NCBI RefSeq assembly: GCF_006345805.1 | Contig: NC_042999.1 | Span: 4,712,001 to 4,776,000 of the forward strand | Origin: Octopus sinensis | Lineage: Eukaryota | DNA length: 64,000 nucleotides | Direction of reading: 5' to 3' | Shown here: piece after piece, positions 1-12,634 of the stretch | How the letters are laid out: each line of letters starts with the position of its first letter | Position numbering within the stretch: position 1 is the first letter of the stretch | Notes under the pieces: generated by a model | Database searches by the model: none | The model's input: only the letters and a program-made list of their open reading frames with translations | What the model was told of the DNA's origin: nothing | Translations under genes and position numbers: made by a program

Positions 1-1638
1 TCTTCCACCCTTATTATGGCTCTGTCCGTTTGTGTTGTGATATTGTTATGTAATAATCTTACTTCTTGATTTGTTACCTCAGTTACTTTCTATTTGATTA
101 ATCACCTGTCCTACCCACTTATATATATATATATATATATATTTGGCAGAGCTGTTATTTTATTAATCAAAACGAAGGAACCACTTTTGTTTATGATGAA
201 TTATCAGGGAACTGTCCCGGCGAGCTGGTTTCGAAACTTGCTTTTCGAGTCCCGATTTTTAGATAATTCACCCGAGAAACAGAAAACACGAACATCCTAT
301 CATTTGCACATTACACACAGCTAATGCAATTTAAATGTCGCTTACTATTTTCGTCTGCTTATATCTGTGAAATAAATAGGGGTTTTATCTTTTTTTCTCA
401 CATATGATAAGGTTTCTTTGCTACTCTTATTTTTTAAGTCAGCTTTTTTCATAAAAATATCCAGTTGCTATTTATTTAACGTATACTTGGAGCATGAAAT
501 CTTTCGTTCACTATTGTTAATATTTATATACAAGACCTATAATCATAATTTACCTTCGACAACCGTTGTCAACCAATATTCTATTATATTTTGGTAAAAT
601 ATGAACTTTACATTTTAGTCCTGTTAAGTTAGACTGTAAATTTACGTTTACTGATTCAAGCGTGAACAATATATTCCACTTTCTCCGGTGTCTGTTGACT
701 GTTTGCAAATGGTTCCATACATTTAAATGTCACGCATTCATTGAAAAAGGCGTCTGTGGTAGACGTTAAGTCAATCGGCCTACTAGAAATAGCAGCCAAA
801 TCTCTGACTAACGCATTAAAGAAAATGGAAACGCTAAATGATGTAATCCTAGGCATGCTGAGATAGACTGAAATCCGATATGGTTATGATTTAAATGCCT
901 TTTGGTCATAGATAGGTCTTTTTAATCGGAATTCACATGGGACTAAGCAACAAGGAATAACTTTTTGCCTTTGTCAGATGATAAAGTGCTTGCGCCCATC
1001 ACCGTATGCACACCCTCTGACTAATGGGAGAAAATTTCGATTTTTTAGGCTCTAAGTACTGCTCTGTATGTTTGCAATAAAATGCCTCCCTCTAAACGCC
1101 CCCAAAGGCGACGTGGAGCTGTTGTACTGAATATTATAAAGGATGTTTTTATGTGATTCATGAGTTTTACTGTCAAACTGGTTTTCTTTGTATATGAAGG
1201 CTACCTGTTTAAAATAGTCTTGTCAAAAGTTTCCTTCGGACACTTAAAACGTTTATACAAAATCGATGAATTATTCCAAATCCTCAATACTTTCAAGTAT
1301 TAGAATTCCTCCCCACTGTTCATTTGACTATAATCAGTCTATATTGTTTATAATCTCTGCAGTTTCAGGTTACTTGAACTTTGTCCTATAACAAATATAT
1401 TTTCGGTAGAACTTTTTTCTTTCTCTGCTCCTGTGCTCCAACACGTGATATTTCAGATAAGAACTGGATCGTCTATTAAAAGTGCACACTCATTCATAAA
1501 TATAATTTATCTCTTACAACTTATATTTTTGTAATGTAAATGTAAATATGTATGGTAAAAATATGGAAAGATTTATATGGATTTCCACCGGCCTGGGGAG
1601 AGGCTCCTTTAGGGGCTTCGAAACTTTAAGTAGCACGG

Positions 1639-1695
<57 letters not shown>

Positions 1696-3234
1696 AGATA
1701 ATCATTTTACCTTTGCCCATATAATACAGTAAATGAATTGATTGCATCGCAATCATTAACATTTATGTATTAACTTTGTTGGGTACTTCACTAGCAGTAT
1801 ATTGGATATGTTATCCCATGGAGGGTTGCATTTACAACCCCTATCTCAATTTGTAACTATATAATATATATATATTTGATGTAACTGTTTGAAAAGTTGT
1901 CTCTGTTTAGTCCTAGATCAACCGTGGTCAGATAAAGTTTATGATCAGATCTTTCTATTTACAGCCGTATATGCCTGCATTTGATTATTGTCTTTACCGT
2001 TTTTAAGACACCATGGTGTGATTTGGCTGCCTTTTCTAGCAGGTCGAGCGACTGCGTGGTGGCTCCCTCGCTGACTAGGTTATTTGGAAAGAGAATTCTA
2101 AAAGTACACGGTTACCAGTTCAAATATGCATATTCGGACCAGTATGTCCCAAGCATATTTGAACTGGTAATATCCTTGTATTTATAAACATCGCTGATTA
2201 GCGCTGCTAACCTGTAATTAATTGTAGAAGTGTTTTTGTTTAATTAGCCCGGCATACTTCGCCAATTAGCCCGACTTCTGCTTCCAATGCTAATTTATTT
2301 TCCTTTAAACACTGTTTTGTTACTAATTCTCACATCACTACATGGTTTCCTGCGACTCGTTTAGATAGAATACATCCTACAAAAACTAAACCGTGGGGGT
2401 GAAGAGGGATGGTCACAGCTAGAACGCCTTTGTCTGCTCAACCTGAACTCACATGATGCTGAACATATTTCCTGTAGCAAACTTCGCTGTAACTTTTATA
2501 AGGAAATATTTCACCGCCTCTCGGTATATACTTCGGAAGAACAACTGATATGACGATTGGTTAATCTTCACATTTTGGGTACTTGTCGTTACCAAAGAAA
2601 ACAGGTTGTAATAATGGTTTCAAATTTTGGCACAAGGCCAGCAATTTCGGGAGAAGAGTAGGGTAAACCAATTACATTGACCCCCTTCTCTCCAATGCTT
2701 AACTGGTACTTTTTTTATCGACTCCTTACGGAGTTGACTTCGGCAGCATTTGGGCTCTGAACGTAAAACAGGTTTATAATAAGTTGGGTTTTTTTTCTAT
2801 TATTCTTAAAAAGAATCTATGCAACTATCCACTGCAATTCCTTATATCTTGTGCAATTAAACCACCAAGAAAGTAAAAGTTCCATTTATTCAACTCTAGC
2901 AGTAAGTTAAATAATGCATCTTCGAATATTTGTATTAAGTTGTATTGTTTTGGCACCAATAAAGTTTGAAATAGCGAATGCTTCGGTTTTATTTACGTGA
3001 TTTCAAGTTCGTTTGCTCTTTGATAGATTCATTACAACCTGTGCAGATGAAACTTTTTATCCCTGTTCTATCATCTTAGGCATTCCTCAACAGTCTCTAT
3101 TTTGCTCTCTCTATACCCTAACCACTAGGTGTGTCTGTGTGGGTGGGTGGCCTAGCAGTTAGAGTGTGGGTTACACGATTATATGGTCGTATGTTCAATT
3201 CCCGGATCATTAACAACCAGCCATCTCATCCTTA

Positions 3235-3560
3235 ACATTCCACTGGGTCAAGAGAGTGACATCCAACCCAAATGCAAATATATGGGAAACTACCACCTGT
3301 GTCATCTCTTGTGAAAGGTAGGAGAGTCCAGTTTGCTGGACATTGTTGTAGAGCTGAAAAAGAAGTAATTTCTACTCTTCTCCTCTGGAAGCCATCTACT
3401 CGCGATACCAGAGGGCGCACACTCTCCTACCCTGATGTAATCTCCAGGGATACAGGCATCCAGCAACAGGACCTCCGTAATGCCATGATGGACCGTGAAG
3501 TCTGGCGTAGCATGGTAAATTCCATTGTCTCGACCACGGTCGAACAATGATGATGTATGA
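3235..3560 (+). mobile_element. 3' end of a second, divergent RTE-like LINE family
   Basis: LPPVSSLVKGRRVQFAGHCCR...RGRTLSYPDVISRDTG...AMMDREVWR is an RTE-type C-terminus, followed by a short gatgat tail. Confidence 0.8.
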
Positions 3561-3968
3561 TGTGTCTGCTCACGATTGCATAGGCACTTAACTACCAAAT
3601 CGTATTTGGTTGTGAATGGAGTCTAAGCTTGAAGCTTTTTCCTTGCAAGCCTTTTTGCTCATTTTGACTTTTACCATCAGCTCTTTAGCAGTCTGTAATT
3701 CTCCCATTAATAAAACACCCCCAAGACCCCCCCCCCCAGTAAGGTATCTTCTCTTTGTTGCTCAACTTGCAAGAAAATGCACCCAAATCTTCCTCAAATC
3801 ATATTTTAAGACCACAATACGAAACTTGAGTACCTTTAGCAAAGTCCACTCTGTTGCTGCCATTTAAGTGAGGCCTCAAGCCTGAGAGTGACTTCCTCCT
3901 TTGTTCCCATGTGTCATAGAGGCCCTGAAAAGAGTTATGGGTACTGTGCTTCCCCCTCTGAACTAGAC

Positions 3969-4203
3969 CAGTGATTCTCAACCACTTTTTGCCTATGGAT
4001 CACTTTGATCCTTATTTTAGTCTACTGGACCCCCAAAGCCATTCATTCAAAGTTACAAAATCCTACTGTAGTTTTATAATTGAATATTAAGAATTGTATT
4101 TAAAAAATTAAAGTATTTGGTGTATTGTAGAAGTATAACCAGTTTATTGGACATAAATTTTAACAACAAAATCTTTATATGGACCCCCAGTTGAGAACCA
4201 CTG
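3969..4203. mobile_element. hAT-Charlie-type MITE
   Basis: TIRs cagtgattctcaac / gttgagaaccactg; 8-bp flanks aactagac / gactaaac (6/8 identical; left flank has the CTAG core). Confidence 0.8.
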
Positions 4204-5476
4204 GACTAAACTATACAAAAGTGTAAGGGACCTGTGAATCTCCTTGGCCAAACAATAACCTCCAAGACAGTAATGAAGTTCTAAGAACATATAAACTTAA
4301 ACGTTACTTATTCAAGAAAATTCTTATTGATATCATCAGGACTCTGGTTACTAGCATGAGTTAATCTATAACAGGTTACACATTGTAAATAGAATGCATT
4401 CCTATATATAGGCAAAAACGTGTCTGTGTGGTAAGAAGCTTGCTTCCCAACCACATGGTTCCGAGTTCAGTCCCACTGTGTGGCACTTTGGGCAGGTGTC
4501 TTCTGCTATAAACTCAGGCTGACCAAAGCCTTGTGAGTGGATTTGGGAGACAGAAACTGAAAGAAGCCCATCCTATATATGTATATGTTTGTGTGTCTGT
4601 TTGTCCTCCCAACATCGCTTGATAACTGATGTTGCTGTGTTTACATCCCCGTAACTTAGCAGTTCTGCAAAAAGAGACCAATAGAATAAGTACTAGGCTT
4701 ACAAAGAATAATCTTGGGAGTTGATTTCTTCGGCATTAAGTGGTGCTCCAGCTTGGCTGAAGTTACATGACTGAAACAAATAAAAGATTAAAAGAATCTA
4801 TATCATGAGCTTCATTTAGCATGTTTCCCATGCTGGCTTGGGTTGGATGGTTTGAGTGGAACTGGTGAAGCAGTGGATTGCATCCAGCTGCAGTATCCGC
4901 TTTGGCATAGTTTCTACGACTGGATGCTCTTCCTAACACCAACCACTTCACAGAGTGTACTGGGTGCTTTTTATGTAGCACCAGCTCCATTGAGGCCACC
5001 GAATAACTCACAGGACAAGGAAGAGTAGCATTGAGGGAAGTGGCCTTATGCCAGGGGATGAAAGATTGAAGTATGATAGAGGGGCAGGAAGAAGTGTCTT
5101 GCTATGGAAGCAATAAATACTTACATCATCATCATTGTCATTTACCGTCCGCTTTCCATGCTGGCATGAATGGGATGGCTTGACTGAGAGCTGGTGAGTC
5201 ACAAGGCTGCACTAGGCTCAAAGGGTGGTAGTGAAGATGTGTCAGAGTTACAGGAAGGTAAATATAAGAGAAGTTTAATGGGTGGGTAAGTGAGTTCAGA
5301 TGTGAGTTGAACATTCAACAGGAACTGACAGATCAGAGAACCTTGCCTTGTTCCAGTGTTTCAGTTTTTGCATGGTTTCTACAACTGGGTGCTTTTTCCA
5401 TGGCACCAACACTAGTGAGGTTACCATGTAACTAACAGGCTAAAAGAGCCCCACAATTGAGGGGAGGCAGCCTTAA

Positions 5477-5669
5477 CCTTTTAGCATTTCAACAGGCCAT
5501 TTCTGGCTAAAATATTCCTTTGTTTGCTGTTCAAACTGGCCAGATCCTGCCTGTCACACTTACTCTACTGTGTCATTGAAATCTCAAAGCCACATGGTAA
5601 TGCATGACTATTTCAAAACAAAGGGAATAAATAAACATTACATTTGACAGGAATGCGAATGCTAAAGGG
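5477..5669. mobile_element. TTAA-flanked MITE (piggyBac-type ends); related copies ~13268-13469, 20540-20749, 47760-48137
   Basis: TTAA|ccttttagcatt...aatgctaaaggg|TTAA terminal inverted repeats. Confidence 0.75.
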
Positions 5670-7169
5670 TTAAAGGTTTATATTCAGGTATTGAAAGGTT
5701 AAAGTATGGTAGAGGAGACAAGGACGGGGTTTTGTTATTGGAGGTGGCATATATGACCACCCTGCATTATAGGGTCGATGGAATTGATCACAGTGAAGTG
5801 TTGGAATATACCATCAAAAAGATAAATAAAAAAGGGTATGGGGACAGAAAATCAGAGTAGGAGAGTAAAGGGTACAAGAGGGGAGAGACTAAGAGAAGGT
5901 TTCAAATAGGGGTGAATAAGGGTGGAGGAATAGTCAATGGTAAATAGGGGTGGTGTGGCAAGTGATAAGGAGGTCAATATGGATGTCAACAGAAGTGGGT
6001 TAGGGGTTAGGAAGTCATGCCTGACAGTACAGAAAAAGGTGAGGAACAGCATACCCACTTCTGTTCACCTTGCATCTTGAGGGGCTACCTGGACACCTTA
6101 TCGCTTTGCAACTCCTACTGATCATTCTCTCCCTCTCATCCAAATGTAAGCCCCCTCTACAAGAACCTGCTCTATCCCATTCTCATACGTTAACCCCTCA
6201 TTCCCTGGCATAAAGCTACCCAACTCCTTCAGACTTCATAGTCTTGCAAGCTGCATGGCAACCTCATTATTGCTGGTGTCATGTGAAATGCACCAAGTAC
6301 ATGCTGTAAAGTGGTTGGTGTCAGGAAGGGCATCCAACCATAGAAACCATACCAAAACAGACGATTGGGGCTTGATGTATTTCTTGTACCTATCAGAGCC
6401 TGTCAAACCATCCAACTCGTTCCAGCATGGAACTTGGATGTTAAGAGATGATTGTGCACACAAACATGCAGATGCAGTTTCTTTTGCGCCCATCTCTCAA
6501 AAGATCTGAAAACTGTACACTCTTACTCTCTCTTTTACTCTTTTACATGTTTCAGTCATTTGACTGCGGCCATGCTGGAGCACCACTTTTAGTCGAGCAA
6601 CTCGACCCCGGGACTTATTCTTTGTAAGCCCAGTACTTTTATCCTAAAAGTCTCTTTTGCCGAACCACTAAGTGACGGGGACGTAAACACACCAGCATTG
6701 GTTGTCAAGCAATGCTAGGGGGACAAATACATACACATACATACATATACATATATACGACAGGCTTCTTTCAGTTTCCGTCTACCAAACCCACTCACAA
6801 GGCATTGGTTGGCCCGGGGCTATAGCAGAAGACACTTGCCCAAGGTGCCACGCAGTGGGACTGAACCCGGAACCATGTGGTTGGTTAGCAAGCTACTTAC
6901 CACACAGCCACTCCTGCGCCTACGTTTTTTTTTTTAGTTTTCTTTATTTATTTCGCTTGAGAGTAATCTTGGTGCTATTTGCTGTGAAAATCCTCACTCT
7001 TTGATTAATCATGTGGCACTTGGGATCCCAGATTTATGGAAGTGATTACTGAGTTATATTTATCAAATGAAGTGTAGCAATACACTTCATTAGCTCGGCT
7101 GATAGCCAAAAGTGAAATTATTCCGGTCACTCTGTTAAAGTGATGCAACAAATTTTTCTCAACTCAACT

Positions 7170-7400
7170 GATGAAAGCAGGATCAGATGAATAGATGGGC
7201 TTCAAACTGGAAAGTTAATCTGAACAATCTTTTAACTACTGGTCTTTTCTATCATTATTATAATGGCCTCTGCTCCTTAAACTTGACTGATCTTGTTCCA
7301 CCACCCATGACCCACATTTCTCTTCACCTCTCATCACCCTTATTCTATCCAGCTTCCTTTCCCTTTCACCAGTGGTTCGTAATCATTTTCTTGTAGCCCT
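7170..7400 (+). mobile_element. Decayed LINE fragment (CR1/L2-group-like RT C-terminal region)
   Basis: RWASNWKVNLN and LFYHYYNGLCS..L..LVPP motifs brought together by a deletion. Confidence 0.45.
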
Positions 7401-7686
7401 AAGCCCACCTTGACAAGTAAAGTATCACAACTAAACTAACTTCACAGGGATGATAATTTATAAATTTTACTCTAAAATTGGATTGTATAAGCTTTTAACA
7501 GTGAAATGATGAAAAAAAATTAATTGGCTGTGTGGTAAGTAGCTTGCTTACCAACCACATGGTTCCGGGTTCAGTCCCACTGCGTGGCATCTTCGGCAAG
7601 TGTCTTTTACTATAGCCTCGGGCCGACCAAAGTCTTGTGAGTGGATTTGGTAGACGGAAACTGAAAGAAGCCCGTCGTATATATAC

Positions 7687-7718
<32 letters not shown>

Positions 7719-10009
7719 ATTTGTCCCCCCTAGCATTGCTTGACAACCGATGCTGGTGTGTTTATGTCCCCATAACTTAGCGGTTCGGCAAAAAGAGACC
7801 GATAGAATAAGTAATAGGCTTACAAAGAATAAGTCCTGGGGTTGATTTTATTGACTAAAGGCGGTGCTCCAGCATGGCCACAGTTAAATGACTGAAGCAA
7901 GTAAAAGAGTAAGAGTAAAGACAAACATTGTTAATTTACTTCTCACATTCCAAGTTAATGGCTTCCCTCTGCCTGTTGAGATCTCATTTCATTTTAATAA
8001 ACATTGTTATGTGATACCCTTTATGAGACTGTCACATTAAGTTGACAGTATACAACTGCTCCATTTTTATGTGTAATATCATAACTACAAGTAAAATTTA
8101 GAATGTTATGTTACCTCACTCCCCACTCACTGACCCCCTTTGACATGCCCAGCATCCTGTTGGGCGCAGTACCACCCACATTGAGAACCTCTGCCTTACA
8201 CCAACCAATATGTCCAATCCTAAGGAGGCAAGTTTGCAGAAACATTAGCATGCCAGTCAAAATGCTTAGTGGTATTTCGTCTGTCTTTACGTTCTGAGTT
8301 CAAATTCTGCCATGGTCAGCTTTGCCTTTCATCCTTTCGGGGTCGATTAAATAAGTACCAGTTACGCACTGGGGTCGATATAATCAACTTAATCCATTTG
8401 TCTGTCCTTGTTTGTCCCCTCTAAGTTTAGCCCCTTGTGGGTAGTAAAGAAATAGAAATAGCTATTTCGTCTGTCTTTATGTTCTGAGTTCAAATTCCGC
8501 CAAGGTCAGCTTTGCTTTTCATTCTTTTGAGGTCGATAAATTAAGTACCAGTTGCATACTGGGGTCGATCTACTGGCCCCCCACCACCAAAATTTTGGGC
8601 CTTGTGCCCAGAGTAGAAAAGAATATGTCCAATCCTTCATCCTCTGAACATTTGTCCCACTGGAATCTCTTCTCTTCTTGTCTCTTTAACTTCAGGGGTT
8701 AACCTGCAATAGTTTAAACAGAACATGAGCAGCATCAGTCTTACCAGTCTTGGTGAGCCTGCAAGGGCCATAGGTTTTGTCTCTTCTTCCAGACTCCACA
8801 AAAACAATCAACTGATCACCCGGCATGTGATATGTGATGAGTCCTCCCTTTTAATATCAACAAATACATAAGGCGGGAAGCTGGCAGAATTGTTAGCATT
8901 TCCAGGCAAAATGCTTAGTGGCATTTTATCCATCATTACCTTCCAGGTTCAAATTCCACTGAGGTTTACTTTACCTTTCATCCTTGCAGGGTCAATAATA
9001 ATAAAAACCAGTTGAGTGCTGGGGTTGATGTAACAACTTACCCCCTCCTCCATACTTGCTGGCCTTGTGCCAAAATTTGAAACCGGTATCAACAGGTACC
9101 ACATCTAAGTCCTTAAAACCAAATCTCTTAATAATCATCTCAGCTGTTTTAGTGATTTAATACAAATACACCAAAAGTATTAGAATAGCTTTGGTTTACT
9201 TTTGTTTGCAGTGGAATAATGTCATTGATTGGGTTGCATTAGTTTGTTGAAACTTTAGGACACTTCATAATAGACAGTACCACTAAGAAATGACCAAAAA
9301 CTGGTTAGTCATCCTCACCATCCTAACACTTCTGCTGTGTAGGATGGGTCTTCTTGAGTTCAGCAGGGCACTAGTTATCTCGGTCTTTCGTCATTTCATT
9401 TGAAAGGTTCAGCATCCTGGAGTCGTCCTTCAGTACTTCATCCCATATCTTTCTTGGTCACCACTCATATACACACATGCACACACACACATGCATGCAC
9501 ACACACACACATGCATGCACACACACACATGCACGCACACACACACACACACGACAAGCTTCTTTCAGTTCCTGTCTACCAAATCCACTCACAAGGCTTT
9601 GGTCAGCCCAAGGCTATAGTAGAAGACATATGCCCAAGGTGCCATGCCTGTGGGTGGGGAGCAATCTTCTCACCACAACCATGCTTGTGCCTTTTGTGAT
9701 TTTGATATTGAAATATCGGATTTGTTAACCATTTCATTACCATATTTCAGTTGAAATGCATAGCTTTTGTTTTGGTTAATTTTCCAAATTAAAAAGAATT
9801 TGGTAGAATAAGTTTGGCATTATTTAGCTGGTGTTTGAAACATGAATTAACATGGAATTTTTATGAAAGGTTTTGATTTAGATCATTTTAAAATAGGGAA
9901 TTTGTATCATAAAATCAAGGGTAGTGGTCTCAAGTGGGTTGCTATCAAACAGCTTAATGCATTGGATCTATGAGTTATTATATAGGTGCAGTGATGGCTG
10001 TGTGGTTAA

Positions 10010-10700
10010 CCCTTTCGTTACCAACCCGGCTAAAACCACCTCTGGCTCTGTAGTATAAATGTCTTCTTTTCATATGTTTTGAATTAAAATCTTCCACCAA
10101 ACTTTAGTCACAATTTATATTCCTAACACTAGCTTAATGATAACTAAGTTATTTTGCTAAATTCTTTGTTATTTTTAAAAATAATTGAAAGAAACACAGA
10201 GCATCTCAAAATAAATCATCATCATCGTCGTTTAGCGTCCGTTTTCCATGCTAGCATGGGTTGGACGGTTCTACTGGGGTCTGTGAAGCCAGAAGGCTTC
10301 ATCAGGCCCAGTCAAATCTGGCAGTGTTTCTACGGCTGGATGCCCTTCCTAACGCCAACCACTCCGTGAGTGTAGTGGGCGCTTTTTACGTGCCATCCGC
10401 ACAGGTGCCAGACAGAGCTGGCAAACGGCCACGAACGGATGGTGCTTTTTATGTACCACCGGCACAAGGGCCAGGCGAGGCTGGCAACGGACACGAAACG
10501 GGGCGGTGCTGGCAACGGTCGCGAAACGGAAGGTTCTCTTACATGCCACCGGCACTGGTAACACATCTGCAATTTCCATTGATCGATTTCCATTCTGATC
10601 CTCACTTGCCTCAACGGGTCTTCACAAGTAGAGTTTCGACATGCCACCGGCACTGGTAACACATCTGCAATTTCCATTGATCGATTTCCAAAGAAATGGG
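10010..10700. mobile_element. Second TTAA MITE family, carrying a nested RTE tail and splitting a family A SINE; other copies ~59960-60476 (tandem) and 61814-62363
   Basis: ggctgtgtgg TTAA|ccctttcgttac ... ggg|TTAA gatgcttg; the SINE head resumes after the second TTAA. Confidence 0.8.
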
Positions 10701-12429
10701 TTAAGATGCTTGTTTTGCAGCCATATGGCTTGAGGTTCAGTCCCACTGCACAACACCTTGGGCAAGTGACCTCTACTATAGCCCTAGGTCTACCAAAGCC
10801 TTGTGAGTGAATTTGGTTGATGGAAGCTATGTGGAAGCTCATGTTTATATATGAGTGTGTTCGTGTTTGTCTCCACCCCTCTGCTTGACAACTAGTATTG
10901 GTTTGTTTACATCCCATTGACTTAACAGTTCAAACTTAAAACTAAAAAGCAATTGTTACGGGGTTGATGTGTTTGAGTTAGTGTTCTTCAGTGTTGTGCC
11001 CCAGCATGGCCACAGTTTAATGACTGAAACAAGTAAAAGATAAAAGGAAAGCTTTGCAATTTTTCATGTTGTCAATTTTAGATTGACATAATACTTGTGA
11101 TTATCTCCCATCTTTGATCCATTTTCTGTATAACCCCAAATCACCTTTAAGCTGCTATATTTTAATCCTTCCTTTCTTTATCCTGCTTCCTGAAAATTAT
11201 TTTTAATTCTTTCACTAATCACAAGCTATTTACAATTAGTTTAATTGTTTGGATTAAGTTTAGGGTAATTTTTGTATCCAGCTTAAGTAGTTTCTTATTA
11301 AATTATTCCTGCTTATCAATCAGTTGTCCCTATTTTACACTAATTTACTTTAATTTGATAGTCATTTTTATATATAAAATAAATTACATCTTAATTGTTA
11401 AATCTTGTCTGGATTTGTTTAATATTTAATTGTTGTAAGGGATTAGGACTTCCTAGTTTCATTGTTATGTGATAATCCTTGTAAATTCTAAGAGCCCACT
11501 CTTCCCTCTTTTAATCTTCTCAGGGATTTCCTAATTGTAACGGCTTTATATTGCTTTTTATAGTTTTGGAAATGGTTTATTATTGTTATTGAGGCAGCGA
11601 GCTGGCAGAACTGTTAGCACGCTGGACAAAATGCTTAGAAGTATTTCGCTTGTCACTACGTTCTCAGTTCAAATTCCACCAAAGTCAACTTCCACCAAAG
11701 TCAACTTTAACTCCTTTCGGAGTCAATAAATTAAGTACCAGTGAAACACTGGGGTCAATGTAATCAACTAGTCCCCCTTACCCTAAATCTGAGGCTTTCT
11801 ACCTCTACTAGTAAGGGTTATTATTCAGTGAGCTGGCAGAGCCATTAACCAGTTGGATAAAATATTTAGCTGCATTTTTTCCAATTCTCTACATTCAGAG
11901 TTCAAATGCTGCTGAGGTTGAATTGCCTTTCATTATTTGGGGGTTGATAAAATGAGGACCAGTTGAGCACTGGATTTGCTGGTCTTATGCCAAGATTTGA
12001 AACCAATATCCTGTGAAAAACATATGATTATATATAATTTGTGTGTGATATAGGTATGTTTGTGTTTGTTTATCCATCATCATTGGTAACTGGTGTTGGT
12101 TTATTTATGTCCCTGTAACTTAGTTCAACCATAAAAAGACTGATAGGATAATAAATTATCAGATTTGGTTTGTTCATCTAAACCCTGCAAACTCTGGTAT
12201 GGCTGCAGTCCAATGACTGAAACAAGTAAAATATAAAAGACAGAGCTGACTGTAAGAGGTAAATAGGATGGTTCTAAGCCTCTTCTTACCATATTCCTGT
12301 TGAAATACTCTGCCTTTGTTTCAGTTCATTTTCAAAATAATGAAGAATTTAGTAAAATAACTTTGTCATTATTAAGTTGGTGTTTGGACCATAAATTAAC
12401 ATGAAATTTTGATTAAAGGTTTTAATTTA

Positions 12430-12634
12430 TGAGATGCAGCACAAAGTTTTTTCAGTGAAGAGGTCGCAGTCTCAAAGCAACGAAAATATTTTGACAAATT
12501 AAATTTTAATGTTGAAGTGAATCTAATGGTTTTAGTGAGTTTTTAAATGGCTTATAAACACCTTCCATGCTGCAATTGTTTTCGTTCCAGTACACGATCT
12601 CAGATCAGGTCACTTGCTATGCAAGTACATCTCC
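12430..12634 (+). mobile_element. ~200-bp Penelope-like terminal repeat (pLTR-like) with a hammerhead-like motif; second copy at ~47800-47997
   Basis: Two copies with a fixed 3' end gcaagtacatctcc and variable direct flanks (gttttaattta; ggaatgc); both nested in TTAA-type MITEs. Confidence 0.55.

Noticed and set aside
656-856. 66-aa minus-strand ORF and an overlapping plus-strand open stretch (...LLEIAAKSLTNALKKMETL...)
   Set aside because: No recognisable family motif and no convincing splice-site pair; left unassigned
2914-3000. Short signal-peptide-like ORF MHLRIFVLSCIVLAPIKFEIANAS as NPC1 exon 1
   Set aside because: The only suitably placed phase-0 donor is a poor gtttta, and the ORF stops four codons later
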